64,000 nucleotides of DNA, from positions 32,001-96,000 of the forward strand of contig CAXWPH010000002.1 in the NCBI GenBank assembly GCA_963666055.2. Reading direction: 5' to 3'. How positions within the stretch are numbered: the stretch's first letter is position 1; every line of letters begins with the position of its first letter. Under the pieces are notes generated by a model. The model saw only the letters and a list, made by a program, of their open reading frames with translations. It was not told the DNA's origin and made no database searches. The translations under genes and the position numbers were made by a program. Below, piece after piece: positions 1 to 14,546 of the stretch. The stretch is from Acidobacteriota bacterium (GTDB taxonomy: Bacteria > Acidobacteriota > UBA890 > WLXD01).

Positions 1-425
1 AGGTCGCCGACATCGTGGCGGTCAACAAGGCCGACGGCAGCAACGTCGAACGCGCCCGCGAGGCTGTTGCGGACTACAGCGCTGCGCTGCGTTACGGACG
101 CTCCGAGCCGACCAGCTGGCGTCGTCGTGCCGCCATGACAAGCGCCACCACCGGTGACGGCATTGCCGAAATTTGGGCCCTGGTTGAAGAGCATCGCGCC
201 ACGCTGGCAGGCAGTGGCGAGCTCGCCGAGCGTCGACGACGCCAGCGCATCAAGTGGATGTGGGGCCTGATCGAGGAAACCTTGATTCGCGACTTTCGGG
301 CGCGCGGGGAATCTTCCGGGCAGGTGGCTGCCACCGAGCAGGCGCTGCTCGACGGCGCGGTCACCCCGCGCCGTGCGGCACGAGAGCTCATGGCGCGTCT
401 GGCCGGTGAACCGGATTCCCACTGA
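1..425 (+). CDS. meaB: Methylmalonyl-CoA mutase-associated GTPase MeaB/ArgK, 3' part (truncated by window edge)
   Basis: Frame reads VADIVAVNKADG (G4 motif) ... TSATTGDGIAEIW ... RRRQRIKWMW ... VTPRRAA, typical of the MeaB C-terminus. Confidence 0.85.
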   Translation, partial: VADIVAVNKADGSNVERAREAVADYSAALRYGRSEPTSWRRRAAMTSATTGDGIAEIWALVEEHRATLAGSGELAERRRRQRIKWMWGLIEETLIRDFRARGESSGQVAATEQALLDGAVTPRRAARELMARLAGEPDSH

Positions 426-605
426 ACTTGTGGAAATCCCTGTGGAAGAGCGCCGCCGCTTCGCACGTCGGTGCCGCAGGGTCGGCCACTTCTCCGTTTT
501 GCACCACGAACGGTGCAGCCCTATGTCATTTGCCGAAACGGCTCGCAGCTTGTTAGCTATGCGGCGGCCCCGGCCCGCTCAGCTCACCGCATCGAGGTGT
601 GAAGA

Positions 606-3214
606 ATGTTGAAGGCGACCCGACCTGACTGTCGCATGCGCACTCGTTCCGTGTCGCTCGTTCTGCTAGCCACGGTTCTTGTCGTCGCGCCGTCGTTTGC
701 CCAGGAAGAAGGTCAGGCGGTGCGCGCCAACCGCGAGCTGGCGATGCGGTTCAGCCAGGACAAGATGGACAAGATGATCTTCGACACTCAGGTGCAGCCG
801 CACTGGCTCGAGGGTAGCGATCGCTTCTGGTACTCCTGGGAAAGCTCGGAGGGCAAGAGCTTCTGGCTGGTTGATCCTGCACGCCGCAGCAAGACGCCGA
901 TCTTCGACAACGACGACATGGCGGCGCAGCTCACCCTGCTCACCAAAGACCCGTACGACGCCAAGCACCTGCCGATCGAAAAAATCCGCTGGGTAAACGA
1001 CAACACCACCCTGCAGTTCGATGTCGTCAGCTCGCTAGACGAGGAGCGCGAGGCATCCGAAGGTGAACAGGAAGAAGACGATTCTGAACCCCGCCGCAAG
1101 CCGAAGAAGAAGGTGCACCACTTCGAGTACGAGCTCGGCACCGGCCAGGTGCGTGAGCTCACCGACTTCGAGGCACCCGCCGACCATCCCGAGTGGGCTG
1201 CCATCTCTCCCGACCAGCAGTGGGTGTTGTTCGGGCGCGCTTACGACCTCTACATGATGGACGCCGCCAACTATCAGAAGTACTTGGAGAAGGAGAAGGC
1301 AAAGGAGGATTCCGGCGAGGGCGATGACGAGGAGGACACTGACGATGAGCAGGAGTCCGACGTCGATCCGGACATCGAGGAGATCCGTCTGACAAAGGAC
1401 GGCGAGCAACACTATGCCTACACGCGGCGGCAGCGCGGCATGACCGACAAAGAGCGCGCCAAGAAACTCGGCCGTCGACAGCCGGTTGCCATTACCTGGT
1501 CACGCGATTCCTCGAAGTTTGCTCTCGAGCGCGCCGATCGTCGCGAGGTCGACGAGCTCTGGGTGATCAATGCTGTGGCCGAGCCGCGCCCGACGCTCGA
1601 GACCTACCGCTACGAGATGCCCGGCGAGGAACACGTCACCCAGTCGGAGATCTGGGTGTTCGACATCGCGGCGCGGCAGGGCAAGAAGATCGACACGGAG
1701 CGATTCACCGATCAGACAGTGAACATCCTCAGCGCCCGGCAGTTCCCGCGCCCCGACGCCGAGGACCCGATCCCGTCACTGTGGCTGTCGGAAAGCGCCA
1801 ACGAGCTTTATTTTGGCCGCATCAGCCGCGACCTGAAGCGCTACGACGTTGCAGTGGCTGACCTGGGGTCGGGTTCTACCCGAGTGTTGATCGAGGAGCG
1901 GCTCAATACCTACGTGGAGGTCCAGCCGGTCGAGCTGCTCAGCACCGGCGAGATGGTCTGGTGGTCGGAGCGTGATGGATGGGGCCATTACACCTCTACG
2001 GCTCCGACGGCAACGTGCGCAACCGCATCACCTCGGGCCCGTACTCTAACCGGCGCATCGAGGGCATCGACGAGGACAACCGGGTGCTGTACTTCACCGC
2101 CAACGCTCACGAGGAGGGCGAAGACCCGTACTACACGCACCTGTATCGCGTTCGACTCGATGGCACCGGCATGACGTTGCTCAACCCCGGCGACGCCAAC
2201 CACCAAACCAGCATCAGCGAGAGCAACGACTACTTTGTCGACAACCTGTCGCGCGTTGATACCGTGCCGATGTCGATGTTGCATGACGGCGACGGCGAGG
2301 TGTTGATGGAGCTCGAGCAGGCTGATCTGTCGCTCCTGATGGAGGCTGGCTACGAGTTCCCTGAGCCGTTCATGGTCAAGGCGGACGACGGCGTCACCAA
2401 CCTCTACGGCGTGGTGTACAAGCCATTCGACTTCGACGAGGACCGCCGCTACCCGATCATTGCCTACGTCTACCCGGGGCCGCAGACCGAAGCTGTCACC
2501 AAGTCGTTCAGCACCCGGGCGCAGAACGTCCATCTGGCGCAGCTCGGCTTCGTGGTCATCGAAGTTGGAAACCGCGGCGGCCATCCGGCGCGCTCGAAGT
2601 GGTACCACAACTACGGATACGGCGATCTGCGTGACTATGGCCTGGCCGACAAGAAGGCTGCCATTGAGCAATTGGCGCTGCGCCACGACTACGTAGACAT
2701 CGACCGGGTGGGGATCTTCGGCCACTCCGGCGGTGGCTTCATGTCAACCGCCGCAATGCTCGTCTACCCCGACTTCTTCAAGGTGGCGGTGTCGTCGTCC
2801 GGCAACCACGAGAACCAGATCTACAACCGCTGGTGGAGCGAGAAGCACCACGGTGTGAAGGAGGTCATCGACGATGAAGGCAACGTCAGCTTCGAATACG
2901 GCATCGAGACCAATTCGCAGCTGGCCAAGAACCTAAAGGGCAAGCTGCTGCTCACCACCGGCGATATCGACAACAACGTCCACCCGTCGCTGACCTACCG
3001 AATGGCCCACGCCCTCATCAAAGCCAACAAGCGCTTCGACTTCTTCGTGTTCCCGGGCGAGCGCCACGGCTATCGCGATACTGCCGACTACTGGGCGTGG
3101 CTACGGGCAGAGTACTTCTGCGAGCACTTGCTAGGTGATCGGCCCGGCGGCGTCGACATGGACGTGCTGAACCGGGAGATCGGCATGACCGGGGGCTCGG
3201 GGACGGATCGCTAG
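606..3214 (+). CDS. Secreted S9 family (DPP IV-like) peptidase, split by a 1-nt frameshift near 1991
   Basis: Signal peptide; DPP IV N-terminal propeller in ORF 606-2174 up to SERDGWGHY; continues LYG... in ORF 1979-3214 with GHSGGG nucleophile, GDIDNNVH and GERH catalytic motifs. Confidence 0.88.
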
Positions 3215-3253
3215 CAGGCCATCCGCGGGAGCGGTTCGCCGGGGGCCCCAATG

Positions 3254-5083
<1,830 letters not shown>

Positions 5084-5307
5084 GTCTGTGAGCAGACGAG
5101 CGCCCGTTCAGGGAGATTTCGGGAGGTGACCGTACTCGACCAGCACGACCAGACCACCATTGTAGCCGGGTGCTGGCCGCACCGTTCGCATAGCCGCGCC
5201 GCCAGGCGAGCGGAAACCAACCCCCAGCTTGGCACCAACTATCCGTCGACTGCTACAGTGAGCAACGAGCGACGAACGAGTCCACTGAAGGGTGGCGAGG
5301 AGCAGCC

Positions 5308-6348
5308 ATGTTGATCAGGAAGCGGCGCGGCTGGGAGATCCCGGAGCGGCAGGTTACCCCGGAGAGCATCTATCTGAATCGCCGCAAGGTTCTGCAGGGC
5401 ATGGGTCTGGCGGCGATCGGCGCAGGGGGCGCGTACGGGGCGTCGAGGGCGCTGGCCAACGGCGGGCTGATGATGCAACAGGCCGTTCCCATGCCCGACT
5501 CGGTGGTCTACCCGAGCGGCCCTGCGGCCGACCTGTACCCGGCGACTCCTCATCCACGCCTGACGCTCGAGGACGCCGGCCGACCGCTGACTGAGCCGGC
5601 ATTGACGCATGCCTACAACAACTTCTACGAGTTCGAGACGCCCAAGCAGGGCGTGTGGCGCAACGTTGGCAACTTCCAGACCGAACCCTGGGCTTTCGAG
5701 GTGACGGGGCTGGTCAGCAAGCCGGGCACCTACGACCTCGAGGAAGTGATGCGCAAGATGCCGCTCGAGGAGCGCGTCTGTCGTTTCCGCTGCGTCGAGC
5801 GCTGGGCCGCGGTTATCCCGTGGTCGGGCTTTCCGTTCCGGGCGTTCCTCGAGCTCGTCGAGCCGCAGCCTCGCGCCAAGTACGTCGCCATGTACACGGC
5901 CAATCGGCCGGATGAGATGCCCGGCATCCGGTCGCAGCCGTGGTACTCGTGGCCGTACCACGACGGCCTGTCGATCGAGGAGGCCAACAACGAGCTGGCG
6001 TTCCTGGTCACGGGCTCCTACGGCAAGCCGAACCCGAAGCAGAACGGCGCCCCGATCCGCTTCATCACGCCGTGGAAGTTCGGCTTCAAGCAGGTGAAGT
6101 CGATCGTCAAGTTCGACTTCGTCGAGCGCCAGCCACGCACCTTCTGGAACGATTCGCAGCCGAGCGAATACGGCTTCTGGGCCAACATCAATCCGAAGGT
6201 CCCCCACCCGCGCTGGTCGCAAGCACAAGAATGGTTGATTAACAACGGCGACGTTTACGACACCCAGATCTACAACGGCTACGGTGAGTGGGTGGCTGAC
6301 ATGTACGCGCCGATGGAGAAGGAGCTCGGCCTCTGGCTCTACCGCTGA
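5308..6348 (+). CDS. msrP: Protein-methionine-sulfoxide reductase catalytic subunit MsrP (YedY)
   Basis: TPESIYLNRRKVL Tat leader, YNNFYEF, RCVERW Mo-ligand Cys, QNGAPIR..PWKFGFK, EYGFWANINP..PHPRWSQA. Confidence 0.92.
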   Translation: MLIRKRRGWEIPERQVTPESIYLNRRKVLQGMGLAAIGAGGAYGASRALANGGLMMQQAVPMPDSVVYPSGPAADLYPATPHPRLTLEDAGRPLTEPALTHAYNNFYEFETPKQGVWRNVGNFQTEPWAFEVTGLVSKPGTYDLEEVMRKMPLEERVCRFRCVERWAAVIPWSGFPFRAFLELVEPQPRAKYVAMYTANRPDEMPGIRSQPWYSWPYHDGLSIEEANNELAFLVTGSYGKPNPKQNGAPIRFITPWKFGFKQVKSIVKFDFVERQPRTFWNDSQPSEYGFWANINPKVPHPRWSQAQEWLINNGDVYDTQIYNGYGEWVADMYAPMEKELGLWLYR

Positions 6349-8406
<2,058 letters not shown>

Positions 8407-8507
8407 CAGGGAGCTCCGGTCGAGTTTCGGTGGAAGCGTCGTTTGCAGCGAGTCCGCCAGGCCCCTCGGGTTTGCGGCCGCCACCCGGCGTTGGGTACCT
8501 TGTCAGT

Positions 8508-9506
8508 ATGTGCTCCCGACAGCAATCACTGCTGCGCGGCTCGGCATTCGTGACGCTGGGACTGGCTTTGGCCGTCAGCGGTGCCAGTGCCCAGCAGGCG
8601 CCCGGCTTCCGCACGTCGGTCGATATCGTGCGGCACAGCGTTGCCGTGCTCGACTCTCGGGGGGAGCCGGTTCCGGGGTTGCAGGCGGCCGATTTCAGGA
8701 TCGAGGAAGACGGCGTGCTGCAGCAGATCAGCGTATTTCTGGCACCGGGGTCGACACCGCTCGACGTGGCGCTGCTACTCGACTCGAGCACCAGTCTCTT
8801 GCACTGGTCACGCGTCGTGCGCCACGCCGCCAAGACGTTCTTGCGACGGCTCGACGTGCGCGACTGCGTCTACTTGCTGCCGTTCAACGATGTGGTCGGC
8901 CCGGGAAGATGGGCGCGGTCGCTCGAGCCGGCTCTGGCGGCGCGCGTCGACGGCATCTTCATGGATGGAGGTACGGCGCTGCACGACGCCCTGATCGACG
9001 GGTTGAGCACCGTGTACTCGATGAGCACCGGCCGGCCTCGCATCGAGCTCGATTCCCGCGCCGGAGAGGTCGCCGATCGGGGCTCGTGCAGCTCGCGCTC
9101 CGAGGCCGACACCGACTCCATGCCGATCCGACGGGCCGCCTTGGTGCTGCTGACCGATGGCGACGACCATGACAGTGAGCGTCGCTTCGACGAGGTTCTC
9201 GACGCCGCGCGTGAGACCGCCGTTCCGGTCTTCCCGATGATTCTCGGTGCGGCGCGAAGCGATGAGCGGCTGCGCGAAAAGCTCAGCCGGCTCGCCGGCG
9301 AAACCGGGGGTACGATCATCGACGCCATCCGGCCCGATGAGCTCGAGAGCGCCTACGACGACGTGGTGATCATGCTGCGGGCGTCGTACTTGCTCGGTTA
9401 CGACCCGGAGAGCCCCGCGGCGCAGCCGGTTCGCCAGCGGCAAGTATCGGTGCGCTCACGTCGACCGAGCTATCGGCTGGTGTTCCGCGAATACTACTAC
9501 CGCTAG
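8508..9506 (+). CDS. Secreted VWA-domain protein (VWFA-related acidobacterial type)
   Basis: Signal peptide, [40 protein letters not shown]-like [32 protein letters not shown]. Confidence 0.82.
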   Translation: MCSRQQSLLRGSAFVTLGLALAVSGASAQQAPGFRTSVDIVRHSVAVLDSRGEPVPGLQAADFRIEEDGVLQQISVFLAPGSTPLDVALLLDSSTSLLHWSRVVRHAAKTFLRRLDVRDCVYLLPFNDVVGPGRWARSLEPALAARVDGIFMDGGTALHDALIDGLSTVYSMSTGRPRIELDSRAGEVADRGSCSSRSEADTDSMPIRRAALVLLTDGDDHDSERRFDEVLDAARETAVPVFPMILGAARSDERLREKLSRLAGETGGTIIDAIRPDELESAYDDVVIMLRASYLLGYDPESPAAQPVRQRQVSVRSRRPSYRLVFREYYYR

Positions 9507-9522
9507 CGTTCCGCACCGAGCG

Positions 9523-10101
9523 TTAGCCGACGCGGCGGACTTCCGGATAGCGGAAACAATCCACCGTATGGTCGTTCACCAATCCGGCAGCCTGCATGAA
9601 GGCGTAGCAGATTGTCGGTCCGACGAAGCGAAACCCGCGCTGCCGCAACTCCTTGCTCATGGCCTCGGATGTCGGGGTCTGCGCCGGGATGTCACTCAGC
9701 GCGCGCCAGGCGTTCTGCACCGGGACACCGTCGACGAAATCCCAGATGTAACTGGTGAACGACCCCTCCGCGACCTGCAGACGCAAGAACGCGCGCGCGT
9801 TGTCGATGGCCGACGTCACCTTGAGGCGGTTGCGTACGATCCCCGCATCCCGCATCAAACGCTCGATGGAGCGCCGGTTGAACCGGGCAATACGCTCGGC
9901 GTCGAAGCCGGCAAAAGCCCTTCGATATCCTTCACGCTTCTTCAGGATTATCGACCAGCTGAGGCCGGCTTGCGCGCCTTCGAGCAACAGGAATTCGAAC
10001 AGCCGGCGATCGTCGCGAACCGGGACGCCCCACTCCAGGTCGTGGTACTCAATATCCAGAGGTCGACTCGATCCTGCCCACTCGCAACGCGTCAAGCTCA
10101 T
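9523..10101 (-). CDS. tag: DNA-3-methyladenine glycosylase I
   Basis: RCEWA, YHDLEWGVP, LEGAQAGLSW, GIVRNRLK, FVGPTICYAFMQAAGLVNDH. Confidence 0.95.
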   Translation of the reverse strand: MSLTRCEWAGSSRPLDIEYHDLEWGVPVRDDRRLFEFLLLEGAQAGLSWSIILKKREGYRRAFAGFDAERIARFNRRSIERLMRDAGIVRNRLKVTSAIDNARAFLRLQVAEGSFTSYIWDFVDGVPVQNAWRALSDIPAQTPTSEAMSKELRQRGFRFVGPTICYAFMQAAGLVNDHTVDCFRYPEVRRVG

Positions 10102-10121
10102 GAGGCACCCGGCGAGGGCTG

Positions 10122-11321
10122 CTATTCGCTCCGCAGCGCGTCGACCGGGTCAAGCGCCGCGGCACGGCGCGCCGGCAGCACACCGGCGGCGAGACCGGTA
10201 GCAAAGCTCACCGCCAGCGCAGCGATGACGAACTGGGTGGGGACATGTACGGGTAGCCCCGGCACTGCGGCGCGCGCCAGCATCGCCAGCCCGAAGCCCA
10301 GGCCGACACCTAGCGCGCCGCCCGCCAGCGAAAGCGCTCCCGACTCCGCCAGGAACAGCAGCTGTACCTGGGTCGAGGTTGCGCCGAGCGCCTTCAGGAG
10401 GCCGATCTCGGAGGTTCGCTCACCAACCGCGATCCACATGATGGTGAGGATACCGATCGAGCCAACCAGTAACGAAATGCCGCCGATGGCCATTACGCCC
10501 GCGGTGACCATGTCCATGACGTTGCCGAACACGGCAAGCATCTGGGTCTGCGTGGTGACGGTGAAATCCTCCCTCCCGTGGCGCTCGGTGAGTCGCGCCC
10601 GCACCGACGCCTCTACCTGCCGCTCGAGGCCACCGTGCGCGAAGATAACATCGATTTCCCACAGCTCGTCCTGGTTGAGCAGCTTCATCCCTTGTGCCAC
10701 CGGCACGTAGACCACGTCGTCGATGTCCATTCCGAGGATCTGGCCCTTGGGTTCCATGACCCCGATGACGCGAAACCTCTGACCGCCAACGCGTACGAAC
10801 TTGCCGAGCGCGCTGACCTCGCCAAACAACTCCCGTTTCAACGTTGGCCCCAGCACCGCCACCGAGCTCCCTCGTCGTGGGTCACCCGCCGGCAGGAAAC
10901 TGCCCTGCCGTACGCTGAACTTGAGCACATCGGTGAGCGCTTCAGTGGCTCCGTAGATGAATACCGAGCGTCCGCGCCCCTCCGCCTCGACTCTTCCCGA
11001 GCCGAGGGAGAACATCGCTACGCGCTCCACTCCAGGCAGCCTGGCGAGGGCCTCCGCATCGTCGATCGTCAGCTTCTTGGTAGTGCCGCCCAGCACACCC
11101 GGGATGCCGATGGTCTCCTGTTTGCCAGGGTTGACGGCAATGATATTGGTACCGAACTGGGTGAACTGGTCGAGCACGTAGCGGCGGGTTCCCTCGCCGA
11201 TGGCGGTGAGTAGGATCACCGCACAGACGCCGATGGCGATGCCCAGCATCGACAGGAACGTCCGTAGCCGGTGCCCGCGCAACGCCCCAGCGGCCAGCCT
11301 CAGCAGATCGGTGGTCGCCAC
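10122..11321 (-). CDS. ABC transporter permease (MacB/FtsX family)
   Basis: RTFLSMLGIAIGV, ISLLVGSIGI, ERTSEIGLLKALGA, PARRAAALDPVDALR. Confidence 0.9.
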   Translation of the reverse strand: MATTDLLRLAAGALRGHRLRTFLSMLGIAIGVCAVILLTAIGEGTRRYVLDQFTQFGTNIIAVNPGKQETIGIPGVLGGTTKKLTIDDAEALARLPGVERVAMFSLGSGRVEAEGRGRSVFIYGATEALTDVLKFSVRQGSFLPAGDPRRGSSVAVLGPTLKRELFGEVSALGKFVRVGGQRFRVIGVMEPKGQILGMDIDDVVYVPVAQGMKLLNQDELWEIDVIFAHGGLERQVEASVRARLTERHGREDFTVTTQTQMLAVFGNVMDMVTAGVMAIGGISLLVGSIGILTIMWIAVGERTSEIGLLKALGATSTQVQLLFLAESGALSLAGGALGVGLGFGLAMLARAAVPGLPVHVPTQFVIAALAVSFATGLAAGVLPARRAAALDPVDALRSE

Positions 11322-11322
11322 G

Positions 11323-12522
11323 TCAGCCTCTCAGTGCGGCGATCGGGTCGAGCCTGGTTGCGGCACGCGCCGGCAGCACACCGAAGATCGCGCCGACGCC
11401 GATCGAGACGATCAAGGCGCCAGCAATCGCCCACGTCGGAGGTGTGGCATCGAGGGCCGGCAGAGCGACAACCAGGGTCTCGAGCGAGGCGGCGGCGATC
11501 CCCAGACCGACCAAGCCGCCGGCGGTGCTCAGCAGCACCGCTTCGGTCAGAAAGGCGAACAGTATCTGACGTGGATGGGCGCCAACCGCCTTGAGCAACC
11601 CGATTTCGTGGGTGCGCTCCGATACCGAAACTAGCATGACGTTCATGATACCGATCCCGGCAACGCTCAACGAGATCGCCGCGATCCCCGCTAGCGCGGC
11701 GGTCAACGCCGCGAAGATCTGAGAGAACGCGGACATTACGGCGTCCTGGGTTATGAGGGTGAAATCCTCTTCATCATGACGATCGACGAGAATCCTTGTA
11801 ACGTTGGCCTGGATACGATCGACGTCTGCTTGGGGATCATGCTGCAGCATGATACGGAACAGCGAGCTGCGGTTGAACAGGCGCATGCCGGTCGCCAGCG
11901 GCACCATCACGATCTGATCGAAGTCCATTCCCAGCGTCACGCCACGCGCCGCCATGACGCCGATCACGCGCATACGGAAGTCGCCGATGCGCACCACCCT
12001 GCCGATCGCGCCGGTGCCCGGAAAGAGGTCTCGGGCGATGCCGCTCCCGAGCACCGCCACCGAGGTGCCACGCTCCCAGTCGCCCTCAGGCAAGTAGCGA
12101 CCCGCACGCATCTCGATGTTGCGGAGGCCGCGCATCTCCGCCGTAGTTCCGAGGATCATCACTTGCTTGCTGCGTCCGCCGGCCGAGACCGTCTCGTTGC
12201 CGTTGGACACCGGTGCCACGCGGGTGACAGCGCGAACCTCGCAGGCCAGTGCTTCGGCGTCGGCGATGGTCAGATCGTTTGCTACTCCGCCGATTCCTGG
12301 AAACCCGCCTGTGGTCTCCGTTCGCCCCGGCACCACGATCAGGATGTTGGTGCCGAGCGAGGCGAACTGATCGATGACGTAGGTGCGGGCACCCTCGCCG
12401 AGTGACGTCAGGATGATCACCGAGGCGACACCAATGGCCACGCCGGTCATGCTCAGCCCCGTGCGCAGAGCATGGCCGCGTAGCGCCCGAATCGCGAAGC
12501 GCAGGATGTCGAGCGCGCTCAT
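11323..12522 (-). CDS. ABC transporter permease (MacB/FtsX family)
   Basis: GVAIGVASVI, GIGIMNVMLVSVSERTHEIGLLKAVGA, PARAATRLDPIAALR. Confidence 0.9.
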   Translation of the reverse strand: MSALDILRFAIRALRGHALRTGLSMTGVAIGVASVIILTSLGEGARTYVIDQFASLGTNILIVVPGRTETTGGFPGIGGVANDLTIADAEALACEVRAVTRVAPVSNGNETVSAGGRSKQVMILGTTAEMRGLRNIEMRAGRYLPEGDWERGTSVAVLGSGIARDLFPGTGAIGRVVRIGDFRMRVIGVMAARGVTLGMDFDQIVMVPLATGMRLFNRSSLFRIMLQHDPQADVDRIQANVTRILVDRHDEEDFTLITQDAVMSAFSQIFAALTAALAGIAAISLSVAGIGIMNVMLVSVSERTHEIGLLKAVGAHPRQILFAFLTEAVLLSTAGGLVGLGIAAASLETLVVALPALDATPPTWAIAGALIVSIGVGAIFGVLPARAATRLDPIAALRG

Positions 12523-13295
12523 CGGGCAGGTTCGCCGCTAGAGACGCCGACCGCCGACGGCACCGCGGCGCCATCCGCCGCCTCGACGGCGGCGATATAA
12601 GGGTTCACGTCGCCCAGGTCCGCGCCCCGCATCCTCGACACGATGTGCCCGTCCACCAACGTGATAACTCGATCGGCCCGCCGCGCTACTCCGGGGTCGT
12701 GGGTGACCAACAGCAGGGTCAACCCATGGCTTCTGAGCTCCTCGAGAAGGTCGAGCACCAGACCCCCGGAACGAGTATCGAGGTTGCCGGTAGGCTCGTC
12801 GGCGAGCAACAAACTCGGCTCCATGGTGATCGCCCGGGCGATGGCGACCCGCTGGCGCTCGCCGCCCGAGAGCTGATCCGGGCGGTGGTCGGCGCGGTCC
12901 AACAGGTTGACGGACTCCAGAGCGGCGTTTGCCAGCCGCCGCCGGTCGCGCCGCCCGACGCCGGCGAACATCATCGGCAGCTCGACGTTGCCTACCGAGG
13001 TGAGCCGCGGAACCAGGTGGAACGACTGGAAAACGAAGCCAATCAGGTCCCGGCGGATGCTGGTCAGCTGTGATTCGCTGAGCTGGGCAACTTCCTGGCC
13101 GTCGAGCTCATAGGAGCCACGGCTCGGGCGGTCGAGGCAGCCCAGGAGGTTCAGCAGCGTCGACTTACCCGAGCCCGAAGGGCCCATGATGGCGACGTGT
13201 TCCCCGGCCTCGATGTCCTCGTTGATCTCGCGCAATGCGTGTAGCGGCCGGCCGCCGACGTCGTACGTGCGCCAGATGTCGCGCAGCCGGATCAT
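12519..13295 (-). CDS. ABC transporter ATP-binding protein (MacB/LolD type)
   Basis: Walker A GPSGSGKST, signature LSGGERQRVAIARA, Walker B LLLADEPTGNLD. Confidence 0.93.
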   Translation of the reverse strand: MIRLRDIWRTYDVGGRPLHALREINEDIEAGEHVAIMGPSGSGKSTLLNLLGCLDRPSRGSYELDGQEVAQLSESQLTSIRRDLIGFVFQSFHLVPRLTSVGNVELPMMFAGVGRRDRRRLANAALESVNLLDRADHRPDQLSGGERQRVAIARAITMEPSLLLADEPTGNLDTRSGGLVLDLLEELRSHGLTLLLVTHDPGVARRADRVITLVDGHIVSRMRGADLGDVNPYIAAVEAADGAAVPSAVGVSSGEPAR

Positions 13296-13296
13296 G

Positions 13297-14451
13297 TCAG
13301 CCCGCGCTGCTCTCCCCGGCGACCACCACCTCGGCGCCGGGTTGCACCTCGACGCGGTCGAGCGAGGTCACGACCCGATCGTTAGCGCCAAGGCCAGAGA
13401 GGATCTCGGTGAAATTCCAGTTGCGCAGCCCGATCTGCACTTCACGCCGTACCAGCGTGCCGTCTTCAACGACAAGCACTGCGCTGCCCTCGAGCAGGGT
13501 CGCGGTGGGCAGCCGCAGCGCGTCGTCGTGTGTTTCCAAGATGACCTCGACGTCCGCCGAGGTGCCAGGCAGCAGCGAGGAGGCGAGCTCCTGATCGTCG
13601 AGCTCCACTTCGATCTCCACCGTGCGATTCTGCGCCTCGATGTCGAGCACGTAGGGGGCAACGCGCGACACGGTGCCAGGGAATATCTTGCCGGGGTACG
13701 AATCGATGGTCGTGCGCACCTGTTGGCCGGCCATGATGCGCGCCGAGTCCACCTCGTCCATCGGTGCGCTGATGAAGATCGACGTGGTATCGATGATCTC
13801 CATCACCGGCGGTATCGGCAGCCCCGGTGGCGATGGTGTGGTGTATTCGCCGAGCTCGATCGATAGCTCCGAGACAACGCCGCCGAACGGCGCTCGTAGC
13901 ACCGTCTTACGCAGCTCGCTCTCGATTAGGCCGATCGACGCATCGGCACTCGCGACCATCGCATCGGCAGCTTCGCAGGATGCCGCCGAAGTCTGGGCCC
14001 GGCTGTCGAGCTGATCGAGCAGATTCTGCGACACGATCTGACGTGCCGCCAGCTCCTCATAGCGGGCGTACTCACGGCGCACTTGGTCGGCTGCGAGGCA
14101 AGCCTCACGGTGACGTGCCTCGGCGGTGATGACATCGCGCCGGGCCTTTTCCAATTGGGCCCGATGGGTCGAGTCATCGAGCTGCATCAGGACCTGGCCG
14201 CGTCGGACCTCTGAGCCGGCGCGCACCGGAAGCTCGACGACGCGCCCACCGATCTCGGGCGAGAGACTGGCCCGCCGCCTTGCCTTTACGGTGCCCGCCT
14301 TCGAGTTTGTGACCGTCGACTCGACTCGACCGCGGGTCGGCTGCAACACGCTCACTTCGATCGGCTGTGGCGCGAAGTACGTGAAACGCGCGTAAAAACC
14401 CGCCGCAACGAGCGCCGTCAGCACGACGATGCGGACCACCCACCTGAGCAT
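13297..14451 (-). CDS. Efflux periplasmic adaptor (MacA/HlyD family)
   Basis: N-terminal TM helix, lipoyl-like SPEIGGRVVELPV..G..V..GQVL, coiled hairpin, LRAPFGGVV; first gene of the ABC operon. Confidence 0.88.
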   Translation of the reverse strand: MLRWVVRIVVLTALVAAGFYARFTYFAPQPIEVSVLQPTRGRVESTVTNSKAGTVKARRRASLSPEIGGRVVELPVRAGSEVRRGQVLMQLDDSTHRAQLEKARRDVITAEARHREACLAADQVRREYARYEELAARQIVSQNLLDQLDSRAQTSAASCEAADAMVASADASIGLIESELRKTVLRAPFGGVVSELSIELGEYTTPSPPGLPIPPVMEIIDTTSIFISAPMDEVDSARIMAGQQVRTTIDSYPGKIFPGTVSRVAPYVLDIEAQNRTVEIEVELDDQELASSLLPGTSADVEVILETHDDALRLPTATLLEGSAVLVVEDGTLVRREVQIGLRNWNFTEILSGLGANDRVVTSLDRVEVQPGAEVVVAGESSAG

Positions 14452-14546
14452 GAGGAAACTCTAGCACCCACACGCTTCGGCCAACTGCCGGGCGGACCGC
14501 CCGAGGACCTTCATGGACAACGCCGGCCGGCCGGTGAACGGCGCGG

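Noticed and set aside
428-450. TGTGGAAAT and TGTGGAAGA as DnaA boxes (oriC)
   Set aside because: Only two imperfect matches, with no AT-rich unwinding element and no dnaA context
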